Shown here piece by piece: positions 10,427 through 18,836 of a stretch of 64,000 nucleotides of DNA. Made by a program: the position numbers and the translations under genes. Below the pieces are notes generated by a model, which worked only from the letters and a program-made list of their open reading frames with translations, searched no databases and was not told the origin of the DNA. Positions within the stretch are counted from its first letter, which is position 1, and each line of letters begins with the position of its first letter. The stretch comes from an uncultured delta proteobacterium (GTDB lineage Bacteria > Myxococcota_A > Polyangia > Polyangiales > Polyangiaceae). Location: positions 288,001 to 352,000 of the forward strand of contig CAVOKF010000004.1 in NCBI GenBank assembly GCA_963696385.1, read 5' to 3'.

Positions 10427-10680
10427 TTCGAAGTGCCCGACCGCCTCCAAGCGATCGATCACGCGAAAATCGAGCCCGCCGTCGAGCGTGCATCGTCGAT
10501 GCGGGCGCCACCGTGAAATGGACTGAAATGGACCTCTCGATTCCGAGGGGGTAGGTCATGGCCGTCACGTCGACTTGCCGTTGTCGCCCACCATTACGCG
10601 CCGTGACGCGATGGGACCGCGATCCAAAAACGTGCGTTGACCTGCGCTCGACGTTCATCACGGCACGGGAGGGCTATCTC

Positions 10681-11484
10681 ATGAAAAGCATATCCATAGG
10701 TCGCACGGTCGGATGTTCGTTGTGCCTCGTGGTCGCAGCCGCGCTGGGGTCCGCGTGCGAAACTGGGGGATCAACGAGCGGCCAAACGGACGAAACCACG
10801 GGGACACTGAGCATGCCGCTCACGGCGACCACGAACGGCGCGACGTACATCTTGGTCAACGCGTCGATTTTCATCGAGCCGACCACGTGCTGCGGCCCGT
10901 ATACGAATCTCTCTACTGGAGCCGATGCCGGAACCACCGATCTCACGACCGCGTTGCAAACGGGCAACTACGATGCGTATCTAGAGGCTTGGACGCTGGA
11001 GCGACAGGATCCCCAAGGTGGATTCGAGCCGGTCGTCGCGACGCTGACATCGAGCTCGTTCCAAGAATTCACGATCTACAACGGCGTCACGACCACCGTC
11101 ACATTCACCTTTCAGACCGACGGCGTGACCGTCGTCGTTGGGTCGGGTACGCTCGATATCGGCATTGCGGTCAACGAGTCCGACGCCGCGTGCACACCCC
11201 TTGGCAACGACTGCGGTCCGGGTTCTTGGTGTCCGCCCGCCTCGCTCACGGGGGCCGACTTGGCGTGTGTCCTGTCCGGGACTGTTGCCTTGGGTCAGCC
11301 GTGCGCCACGCCGACGGATTGCGTGGCCAACGCCTCGTGCTTCACGTTGGGCGACGCCGGCGCGGTTTGCGCCGCACTGTGCCCCGGAAGCGGCGTGAAC
11401 CTGCCCTGCCCGACCGGTGGCATTTGCCAGTCAGCCACGCCGGACTACGGCATTTGCGTGGCGGGCGCCACGGGCGACGACTGA
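10681..11484 (+). CDS. Hypothetical lipoprotein with Cys-rich C-terminus
   Basis: GGGAGG RBS before ATG 10681; lipobox LGSAC; TGTLSMPL N-domain; many paired Cys. Confidence 0.7.
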   Translation: MKSISIGRTVGCSLCLVVAAALGSACETGGSTSGQTDETTGTLSMPLTATTNGATYILVNASIFIEPTTCCGPYTNLSTGADAGTTDLTTALQTGNYDAYLEAWTLERQDPQGGFEPVVATLTSSSFQEFTIYNGVTTTVTFTFQTDGVTVVVGSGTLDIGIAVNESDAACTPLGNDCGPGSWCPPASLTGADLACVLSGTVALGQPCATPTDCVANASCFTLGDAGAVCAALCPGSGVNLPCPTGGICQSATPDYGICVAGATGDD

Positions 11485-11669
11485 TTCGGGCGCCAATCCA
11501 GTCGTCGAGGACGGGTCCACGGCAGCGCCTGTGGTCGTTGGTGGGTGCTCACGAACACGCGGAGGGGGCGCGTACCACAAAGTCGAGGGATGCGTCGGCA
11601 AGCCCATCGGAGTGGAAGCTTCCCGCCGCCTCGACGACGACCGACCGCCGTGGGCGGCGGTGACGCCCG

Positions 11670-12605
11670 CTACAGCTTGGTCACATGCTCGCCCAGCTGA
11701 TCGAGAGTGGCCTTCCACCCCTGCGGAGCGCCCCGCGTCGAGTCGGATTCGAAGGCGTATGTCTGCCGGGCGGTGAGCGTCGTCTGTCCGGCCACTTCGG
11801 TGAACGTTACCGTCGTCGCTACGTCGTTGCCGTCGTGCATTTTGCCGACGAAGACGATTTTCTCGGGCGCGACGATCTCGGTGAACTTGGCGTTCAGGGG
11901 AAACTCGGTGCCGTTGGGCATTCGCATGACCAGGTGAAAGACACCCCCAACGCGGAAATCCACCTCACACCGAGGTGTGGTGAGAGGCTTCGGCGTGAAC
12001 CACTTTTCGATGTGCTCGGCTTTCGTCCACGCCTCGAAGACGAGGCGGCGAGGCGCGTTGAAGACGCGCGACACGACGAACTCTGCGGGCTTGCTTCCGG
12101 ATGCACCCGGCCCGATCACAGCGGCCCGCATCTCCCCGAGCAGGTCGTCGAGACGGGCGTATCCGTCCGTCATTCCGGCTTCCATTCGTCCGCCGGACAG
12201 GTGACCGTCGCGCCCCTGGATCGTCTTGTGGACGCTCGTCGTCGTGAGGGTCGTCAGGCCTGCGCGCTCCTCGAGAACGAGGGTTTCGAGCGCCTCGTGT
12301 TCCGGCATGGGCTCGAAAACGAAGGTCCTGACGATGCGCTCGGGGCGCGCGATCTCCCGGAACTCGCCGTGAAAGCCGAACTCCTGACCGTCCGGTGTGC
12401 GATGCACCATCCGCCAGCGACCGCCCACGCGGAGGTCGACCTCGCAAACCGTCATCGCGAGGCTTCGAGGCCCCATCCAGCGCTTCAGATGTTCTGGCTT
12501 CGTGAAGGCCTCGAAGACCAAGCTTCGCGGCGCGTTCACGACGCGGCGGGTGACGATGGTGGGCTTATCGGGTTCGGCGACGATTTCGAGCTTGTTTGCG
12601 GCCAC
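11670..12605 (-). CDS. Tandem SRPBCC (AHSA1-like) domain protein
   Basis: Two repeats of R-x-x-NAPR-x-LVFEA-x-TK-x-EH...CEVD-x-RVGG; AAGGAG RBS before GTG 12605. Confidence 0.9.
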   Translation of the reverse strand: MAANKLEIVAEPDKPTIVTRRVVNAPRSLVFEAFTKPEHLKRWMGPRSLAMTVCEVDLRVGGRWRMVHRTPDGQEFGFHGEFREIARPERIVRTFVFEPMPEHEALETLVLEERAGLTTLTTTSVHKTIQGRDGHLSGGRMEAGMTDGYARLDDLLGEMRAAVIGPGASGSKPAEFVVSRVFNAPRRLVFEAWTKAEHIEKWFTPKPLTTPRCEVDFRVGGVFHLVMRMPNGTEFPLNAKFTEIVAPEKIVFVGKMHDGNDVATTVTFTEVAGQTTLTARQTYAFESDSTRGAPQGWKATLDQLGEHVTKL

Positions 12606-12939
12606 GGGGCTTCTCCTTTGCTTGTAGCTCTTCGAGGTACACGTCGAGACGGTTGAAGCTCTCCTCCCAGAACGCGCGATATGTTTCGAGCCACGCGGCG
12701 GCCTCCTTGAGCCGCTCCGGCTCAAGCCGACGCGGCCTTCGCTGAGCATCGCGACCACGGGAAATGAGGCCCGCTCGTTCCAGCACCCGCAGGTGCTTGG
12801 AGATGGCCGGAAGACTCATGTCGAATGGCTTGGCCAGTTCTGTGACGGAAGTCTCGCCCGACGTGAGACGGGCGAGGATCGCCCTGCGCGTCGGGTCGGC
12901 GAGCGCTGCGAAGGTGGGGCTCAGGGAATCGTGAATCAC
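12565..12939 (-). CDS. ArsR/SmtB family transcriptional regulator
   Basis: FAALADPTRRAILARL, SVTELA, SLPAISKHLRVLERAGLI; GGAG RBS before GTG; overlaps the SRPBCC gene. Confidence 0.92.
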   Translation of the reverse strand: MIHDSLSPTFAALADPTRRAILARLTSGETSVTELAKPFDMSLPAISKHLRVLERAGLISRGRDAQRRPRRLEPERLKEAAAWLETYRAFWEESFNRLDVYLEELQAKEKPRGRKQARNRRRTR

Positions 12940-12956
12940 GTTATGAACTCCGTGGC

Positions 12957-13070
12957 TACGTAACCGACTAGTTACATAGCAGAGGGATCTTGTCAAGATC
13001 GGCCACACGGATGCCGGGGAGCCTCGACGGATCCCGGGTCGCCAAGGACTCAACTAAACCAAAAGGTTGA
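12957..13070. promoter_or_regulatory. Two putative ArsR operators plus a TTGACA hexamer upstream of the ArsR-SRPBCC operon
   Basis: TACGTAACC-GACT-AGTTACATA (12957-12978) and AACC-AAAA-GGTT (13057-13068) share AACC-N4-RGTT; TTGACA on - strand at 12996-12991; no clear -10. Confidence 0.6.
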
Positions 13071-13101
13071 ACGCATCAGCGCTGCGAAATTGCGGCTCCC
13101 G

Positions 13102-14175
13102 TCAACACGCTCCGCAGTTGGGTCGCCCCTGCGCGTTCGGTACGCAATTCTCGCAGAGGATGTGAAGAGCGTCGTCGCAGACGGCAGGGTGCGCCGTCGT
13201 GCCGCCGCACGCCGCGCACGTGAGTCGATCGAGACTCGCCGCGGTGGCCGGCAAGCGGAGAACGATTCCGCCCTCGCGCTTGCGCCGGCGTACCCGCAAT
13301 TGCACGCGAACCGAGGGGATCGTCAGCGCCACGAAGGCAACGGGCTCGAGCGAAACGCGCATGCTGTACCTCTCGGCGAGGTCGCGCAGCTTGGCGTCGC
13401 GATCGCGTGACAGGTGGGCCATCTTTTGCGCCAGCGCGGCCGTCTCGATGCGTCGCTTCGGTGCCTTGGCATCGCGCGCCAGTGCCGCGAAGTACTCGTC
13501 GATGCGCCGGTAGTCCCGCTCATGCCGGCGTGCGACGGCAGCACACGCTGGCACGATCGCCGCACGCGCGGCGGTCGTCGCACGTCGAACGAGCAGTTCC
13601 ATGACCGACCGACTCGGTGGGGACGGCGGAAACAGTCCAAGCGTCAACCCGTTCGCGGACCTCGCCGGATCCACGAGCGTCGAGAGCGCCCCGTCGGGCT
13701 CGGATCCGTCGTCGGCGTGGAGCGCGAGGGCGATCTTGCCGTCGTAGCGGTCGTCGGCGTCGGCCCTCCAGGCAAACCACGCCAGTAGGTACGGAGTGTC
13801 CACCGGGCCGGCCTCGGTCACCTCGAAGACGGCGTTGCGGATCGCGAACCGCTCGGCTTGGGCGCGAGCCTGTCCGACGCGAGGCGCCGCGGCCGCCGAC
13901 GCCAGCGCGGCAAAAGGCACGTTTGCGCGCGCCGACTCGGCAAGACGCTCGAGCAGCGGAGATCCGATCGCGCATGAGACCGCGTCCGGTGCAGCGCGGT
14001 TCAGGTCGGTGGCAAGCGTGCACGTTTCCGGGACGCGGAGATCGCGCGCCATTTCGGGACGCAGAACCGCAAGACAGCCGTCGTCGGTGGACTCGACGAG
14101 GGCTCCCTGCGCTGCGAGCGCGTCGCTGACAAAGGCGACCGGATCCGGAATCTCGTGAGACATGGCGACGGTCAC
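13102..14175 (-). CDS. Hypothetical helicase partner with C-terminal Cys/His metal-binding domain (YqhG-like position)
   Basis: GTGA overlap with the helicase stop; C-terminal CAAC...C-DDALH-ILCENC...CGAC. Confidence 0.7.
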   Translation of the reverse strand: MTVAMSHEIPDPVAFVSDALAAQGALVESTDDGCLAVLRPEMARDLRVPETCTLATDLNRAAPDAVSCAIGSPLLERLAESARANVPFAALASAAAAPRVGQARAQAERFAIRNAVFEVTEAGPVDTPYLLAWFAWRADADDRYDGKIALALHADDGSEPDGALSTLVDPARSANGLTLGLFPPSPPSRSVMELLVRRATTAARAAIVPACAAVARRHERDYRRIDEYFAALARDAKAPKRRIETAALAQKMAHLSRDRDAKLRDLAERYSMRVSLEPVAFVALTIPSVRVQLRVRRRKREGGIVLRLPATAASLDRLTCAACGGTTAHPAVCDDALHILCENCVPNAQGRPNCGAC

Positions 14176-16394
14176 GCTTCGAAGTCGCTCCGAAAGAGAG
14201 CCTCGTCGACCGCTCGAACCCGCTCGTACTGATGGCGCGCGGTCCGAATCTCGTCGGCGAGGCGATCGAAGCCTCGGGCAACGTCATCGTCGCCTTGCGC
14301 CGTTGCGTAGAGCTCGAGGATGCGTTCCTCGAGATCCCGCTCGTCACCGAGGTTACCCAACACCATATCCATTTCGCCGACGACCAGTTCGAACAGGTGA
14401 AGGCGCCGGTCGAGCACATCGAGCACGCGATCCTCCACCGTACCGCGGGCACAGAGGTTGAAGACCCGCACCTCGCCCGTTTGGCCCATCCGGTGCAGGC
14501 GTCCGATCCGTTGTTCGATCCGCATCGGATTCCATGGCAGGTCGAAGTTGACGAGCGTCTGGCAAAATTGAAGATTTTGCCCCTCTCCGCCCACGTCGGT
14601 CGCCAGCAGGACCTTGGCGCCGGCACGAAAGCGGCAAAGGGCCGAGTGCCTGTCTTCGGAGCGCATGCCGCCGTGAAATAGCTCGGGGTCGACCCCGGCT
14701 GCGCGTAGGCCTCCGGCGATGTAATCGAGCGTGTCCCGAAAACGAGTGAAGACGAGCACGCGCCCCTCATGGGCCCCGATGATCTGCAGGAGGGCGTCGA
14801 GCTTGCCCGACCCGTTCACATCCGCGAGCATCCGGGTCAACCGCGCAGTGCCCTCACGCATGGCAGCGCTGTGATGGTCGGTTGCGCCCATTCGAACGAG
14901 GGTGCCCTGCAGGGCGGCCGGGCTTGAGCCGGCCTCGAGCAACAGCGTCGAGGTCGCCAGCCTCGCTTTCGGATCCGCCGCGTGCGCCCTCAAGAGCGGG
15001 ACGGTCGCGTCGTAGACCGCACGCTCCGCGTCGCTCGGGTCGATGGCGACCGTCGACACGTACCGGGGCGGCAGCGCCAGCCCGCTCTGCGCGCGCGTGT
15101 TGCGCACCATGACGTCCGCGAGAAGCCGTCGAAGTCGCTCGGTGTCGCGTGGCACCGTCGCGTCCTTCGCATCCACGAACTGGCGTCGGAACTCGGCCGG
15201 TGTGGTGAGCTGCCCCGGCTTCAGGAGGGTCACCAAATTGTAAATCTCCTCCAAATCCGTCTCCACGGGCGTCGCCGTGAGCAGCAGGAGGAACCGACTC
15301 TGGATGCCGTCGACGAGCTTCCACCCCGCGGTCTGGCGGTTCTTCACGTGGTGGGCCTCGTCGACGACGACGATGTCCCAGGGCGCCGCTTGCACTGCAG
15401 GGGCATGACGGCCTCCGCGCGCGAGCGCCAACGAGGCCACTACGACGCCATCGTCGCGCCAGAACGCGTCGGGCTCTTCGCGCAACCGCGCATCTTCCGT
15501 CGTCCGTGCGACGATGCCCGCCTTGGCCTCCAGTTCGCCGGCCCAATGTCGAACGAGCGCCGGCGGCGCCAGGATGAGCGCGCGGCGCGCCATGCCCCGA
15601 AGCTGGTACTCGCGAAGCACCATCATCGCTTCAATCGTCTTGCCGAGCCCAACCTCGTCGGCAAGGAGCGCGCGACCGCGCAGAATGCGGAGCACGCGGC
15701 GTACGGTTTCAGTTTGGTACGCGTGCGAGTCAACGCCACGCAGGGTGGCGAGACTGACCAGGTCCTGAAAGTCGGCCGCCGCGGATAGCGCGTGGGCACG
15801 AAGAGCAAGCGACACGCGCGCTGCGTCCGAACTCGGGCCGTTGAAAATTCGCGCGAGGCGTTCGGTGTCGAATGCGGTCAGACTGACGGGGGGCGTAACG
15901 ATGGGGACTGCCCTCGAAAGAACCGGTTCGGGTACAGCGGGCGTCGCGCCGTCCCCCCGTGGCCGCGGCGCCCGCGGCGACGGCCGCTCGCGCTCCTGCA
16001 CTCGCGGCGACGGCCGCTCGCGCTCTTGCACTCGCAACGTGGGAGGTGGCGTCGGGGTGGGCCCGACCTTCGACCCCGCACCCGCTCCGAAGGAGAGAAG
16101 CCGGGCCGCGCGCCGAAGGGTTGCGCCGGGATTGGCAGGCTTCAGGCAGGCGTCGCGAACGTCGAAGCCGGCGTCACGGGCCGCCTCGAAAATTTTTGCA
16201 ACAAGTGCGCGCCGCGATCCGGTGAACCCTACACGGACAAGTGCGTCGGCGAGCACGCTCGCAGGCACCTCCGACACGGAGGGGCCTTCGCCGACTACCA
16301 CCATGTAACCAATGACGACCAAGTCGGCGGACGAGAGCGCCTCGAGATCCCAAACGCGTCCCGGAGTTCGTTGCGCGACATCCATCCGCTTCAT
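14172..16394 (-). CDS. SNF2-family helicase/ATPase (YqhH/RapA-like)
   Basis: LLADEVGLGKT, VVVDEAHH, LLLTATP, TDVGGEGQNLQ, NFDLPWNPMRIEQRIGRLHRMGQ. Confidence 0.92.
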   Translation of the reverse strand: MKRMDVAQRTPGRVWDLEALSSADLVVIGYMVVVGEGPSVSEVPASVLADALVRVGFTGSRRALVAKIFEAARDAGFDVRDACLKPANPGATLRRAARLLSFGAGAGSKVGPTPTPPPTLRVQERERPSPRVQERERPSPRAPRPRGDGATPAVPEPVLSRAVPIVTPPVSLTAFDTERLARIFNGPSSDAARVSLALRAHALSAAADFQDLVSLATLRGVDSHAYQTETVRRVLRILRGRALLADEVGLGKTIEAMMVLREYQLRGMARRALILAPPALVRHWAGELEAKAGIVARTTEDARLREEPDAFWRDDGVVVASLALARGGRHAPAVQAAPWDIVVVDEAHHVKNRQTAGWKLVDGIQSRFLLLLTATPVETDLEEIYNLVTLLKPGQLTTPAEFRRQFVDAKDATVPRDTERLRRLLADVMVRNTRAQSGLALPPRYVSTVAIDPSDAERAVYDATVPLLRAHAADPKARLATSTLLLEAGSSPAALQGTLVRMGATDHHSAAMREGTARLTRMLADVNGSGKLDALLQIIGAHEGRVLVFTRFRDTLDYIAGGLRAAGVDPELFHGGMRSEDRHSALCRFRAGAKVLLATDVGGEGQNLQFCQTLVNFDLPWNPMRIEQRIGRLHRMGQTGEVRVFNLCARGTVEDRVLDVLDRRLHLFELVVGEMDMVLGNLGDERDLEERILELYATAQGDDDVARGFDRLADEIRTARHQYERVRAVDEALFRSDFEA
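15973..16035. repeat. 30-bp tandem duplication in the helicase N-terminal linker (RVQERERPSP x2)
   Basis: Two near-identical units at 15973 and 16003. Confidence 0.85.
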
Positions 16395-16518
16395 CGGCGC
16401 TAAGCGGCGCAGACGCCAGCGTCAAGTCCGGCCGCGATGAGGCGGGACGAAAGCGGCTTATCCCTTCAGTAGGTCGAGTCCAAAGAAGAGCCGAAGCCGG
16501 CCGCTGTTCCGGCCATGG

Positions 16519-17388
16519 CTACTGGATGAGCAACTCGACGATCGCGCCGCGCGCAGTGGCCTTGCTGTTGACGGCGCGCGTGGCCGACACCTCGATGACG
16601 TCGAACCCATCCCCATACAGATTTCGAACGAGGGGAGCCGACGAGTTCGAGAGCAACACGCGGACACCGCGCTGCTTGAGCGTCTTTGCGGTATCGCGCA
16701 GGCGCGTCTGCTCGGCTTCCGCGAAGCCATTCGCAGTGTAGGACGTAAACGACGAAGTGGTCGACATAGGCACGTAGGGCGGGTCGAAATACACGAAGTC
16801 GCCGCGCTCTGCTCTCGCGACAACGTTCTCGAAGTCCTCGACGAGTAGCTCCGTGCCCGCGAGCGCTTCGGAGCATGCCCGGAGGGTCGGCTCATCGCAG
16901 ATCTTGGGGTTCGCGTAGCGACCGAAGGGCACGTTGTAACGGTTGTGGCGATTGACGCGGTACAGGCCGTTGAAGCCGGTCTTGTTCAAGTAGATGAACC
17001 ACGCGGCGACTTCGGCGTCCGACCCGGCGTCGATGTTTTTTTCGCGGAACTTATAGAAAAACGCGGGGTTGTGCGGGTAGCTCCGCAGCAGGTCGATGAC
17101 TTCGTCGACGTTATTCTGAACGCCCCGGTACGTGCGAATCAGGCGCGCGTTGACGTCCGCAAGCACGGCTCGCTTGGGGTGCAGCGCGAAGAAGAGTGCG
17201 CCGCCTCCGATGAAGGGCTCGAAGTACCGGGTGGGCCTCGGAAGTGCGTGCTGCAGCAGCGACGGGAGTAGCTGACGCTTGCCCCCGGCCCACTTGATGA
17301 ACGGACGGCCTGCAGCCGGTTCCGGCACCACTTCGAGCGCTACGCCGCTGTCTTCGACAAGCCTCGCCGCCGCTTCGAGCCTGCGCAT
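16519..17388 (-). CDS. dam: Dam/DpnM-type N6-adenine DNA methyltransferase with no adjacent endonuclease
   Basis: FIKWAGGK, EPFIGGGALFF (motif I), FNGLYRVN...NVPFG, YFDPPY (motif IV), LSNS. Confidence 0.9.
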   Translation of the reverse strand: MRRLEAAARLVEDSGVALEVVPEPAAGRPFIKWAGGKRQLLPSLLQHALPRPTRYFEPFIGGGALFFALHPKRAVLADVNARLIRTYRGVQNNVDEVIDLLRSYPHNPAFFYKFREKNIDAGSDAEVAAWFIYLNKTGFNGLYRVNRHNRYNVPFGRYANPKICDEPTLRACSEALAGTELLVEDFENVVARAERGDFVYFDPPYVPMSTTSSFTSYTANGFAEAEQTRLRDTAKTLKQRGVRVLLSNSSAPLVRNLYGDGFDVIEVSATRAVNSKATARGAIVELLIQ

Positions 17389-17435
17389 CGTTGGTGCCGG
17401 CTACGCTAACTGAACGGCCGGGCAGCGTCCAGAGC

Positions 17436-18099
17436 GCGGAGCGAGGCTCAGGGTAACGCCCGTCGGGGCTGGAGAGCTCGAGGGGAGAGCCTCTCCCCTC
17501 GACTCGACGAACGTGTCGGGCTTGCCGAGAGGAGCCCGAAGGGCGGAGCGAGGCTCAGGGTGATCCGAGTGACGAAAGAAGAAACCCGCCGCGGAGCGAG
17601 GCTCAGGGTAACGCCCGTCGGGGCTGGAGAGCTCGAGGGGAGAGCCTCTCCCCTCGACTCGACGAACGTGTCGGGCTTGCCGAGAGGAGCCCGAAGGGCG
17701 GAGCGAGGCTCAGGGTGATCCGAGTGACGAAAGAAGAAACCCGCCGCGGAGCGAGGCTCAGGGTAACGCCCGTCGGGGCTGGAGAGCTCGAGGGGAGAGC
17801 CTCTCCCCTCGACTCGACGAACGTGTCGGGCTTGCCGAGAGGAGCCCGAAGGGCGGAGCGAGGCTCAGGGTGATCCGAGTGACGAAAGAAGAAACCCGCC
17901 GCGGAGCGAGGCTCAGGGTAACGCCCGTCGGGGCTGGAGAGCTCGAGGGGAGAGCCTCTCCCCTCGACTCGACGAACGTGTCGGGCTTGCCGAGAGGAGC
18001 CCGAAGGGCGGAGCGAGGCTCAGGGTGATCCGAGTGACGAAAGAAGAAACCCGCCGCGGAGCGAGGCTCAGGGTGATCCGAGTGACGAAAGAAGAAACC
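17436..18099 (-). repeat. Tandem array 2 of the same element family: 155-bp unit x4 plus a partial unit
   Basis: Units start at 17436, 17591, 17746, 17901 and 18056 (partial) and look identical by eye; the reverse complement matches array 1. Confidence 0.95.
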
Positions 18100-18779
18100 T
18101 CGCGCGATCGACGTTCGACGACACCGGTGCGAGTCGCGGTTGTCCATCGATGAAGGCCAGAAGAGCCGAGGCGAGCTCCCGATAACGAACGCGATCGTAG
18201 GTCCCGCGCAACAGCTCGACACGCAGAAAAATGGCGGCAGTCTGGGCGACGTCGCACAGGCAGTAGGAGTTGACCTCGTCCAGACGGCCCGCGTGGACCA
18301 TCGGCTGGACCTGCGAGCCGTCGACGCCCATCTTTCCGGGAAACCCCACGAGCTTGGCATAGACATCGAGACGCGTGTGTTTTGCGGCGCCGAAGTCGGC
18401 CAAGAAATCCATCAAGTCGAAATGGCCTTCGGCCGAATAGCGATACCGCGTGTTCCGATCGCTCGAACCACCACGGCATGGGCACCCCATGCTTGAGGGC
18501 GCGACTCGTGATGACGGGCATGTCGAACCCGCGACCGTTCCAGGTGATGACGGTCGGCTTCTTGGCGTCGAGCCACTGCGCGAAGTCGGCCAGCATCTCG
18601 CCCTCCGCCTTGTGCTCGCCGACAACGCCGAGGCGTTTGGGCAAATGGTCCTCGAGCAAGAGGCAGCCAAGCGTGACGATCTGGTTATACGGCGGCGGGG
18701 GGATCCGGTCGCTGTCGTCCAGCCGAGGCAGCTCGGGATCCGGGATGGTCTCGATGTCGAGCACGAGATGCGCGGGCAT
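18068..18779 (-). pseudogene. PolB-like 3'-5' exonuclease (DEDD) with a single frameshift at ~18464 (real or sequencing error)
   Basis: One frame gives LVLDIETIP...TWNGRGFDMPV...MPWWF; another continues RYRYS..HFDLMD...GFPGKMGVDGSQV...YCLCDV; ExoI/II/III motifs are split across the two frames. Confidence 0.85.
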
Positions 18780-18836
18780 GAAAACTTGGCCCTCCCTAAG
18801 TCGATTGTCTATCGCGGAATGCCTACGGAGGAATAA

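Noticed and set aside
9908..10526. ORFs spanning array 1 as real proteins
   Set aside because: They are translations of a DNA palindrome repeat that is open in several frames, with no RBS or domain evidence
16519..17388. Complete type II restriction-modification system
   Set aside because: No recognisable endonuclease gene adjacent
17436..18099. CRISPR array (19-nt repeat with intervening segments)
   Set aside because: The intervening segments are only two alternating identical sequences, not unique spacers, and no cas genes are present
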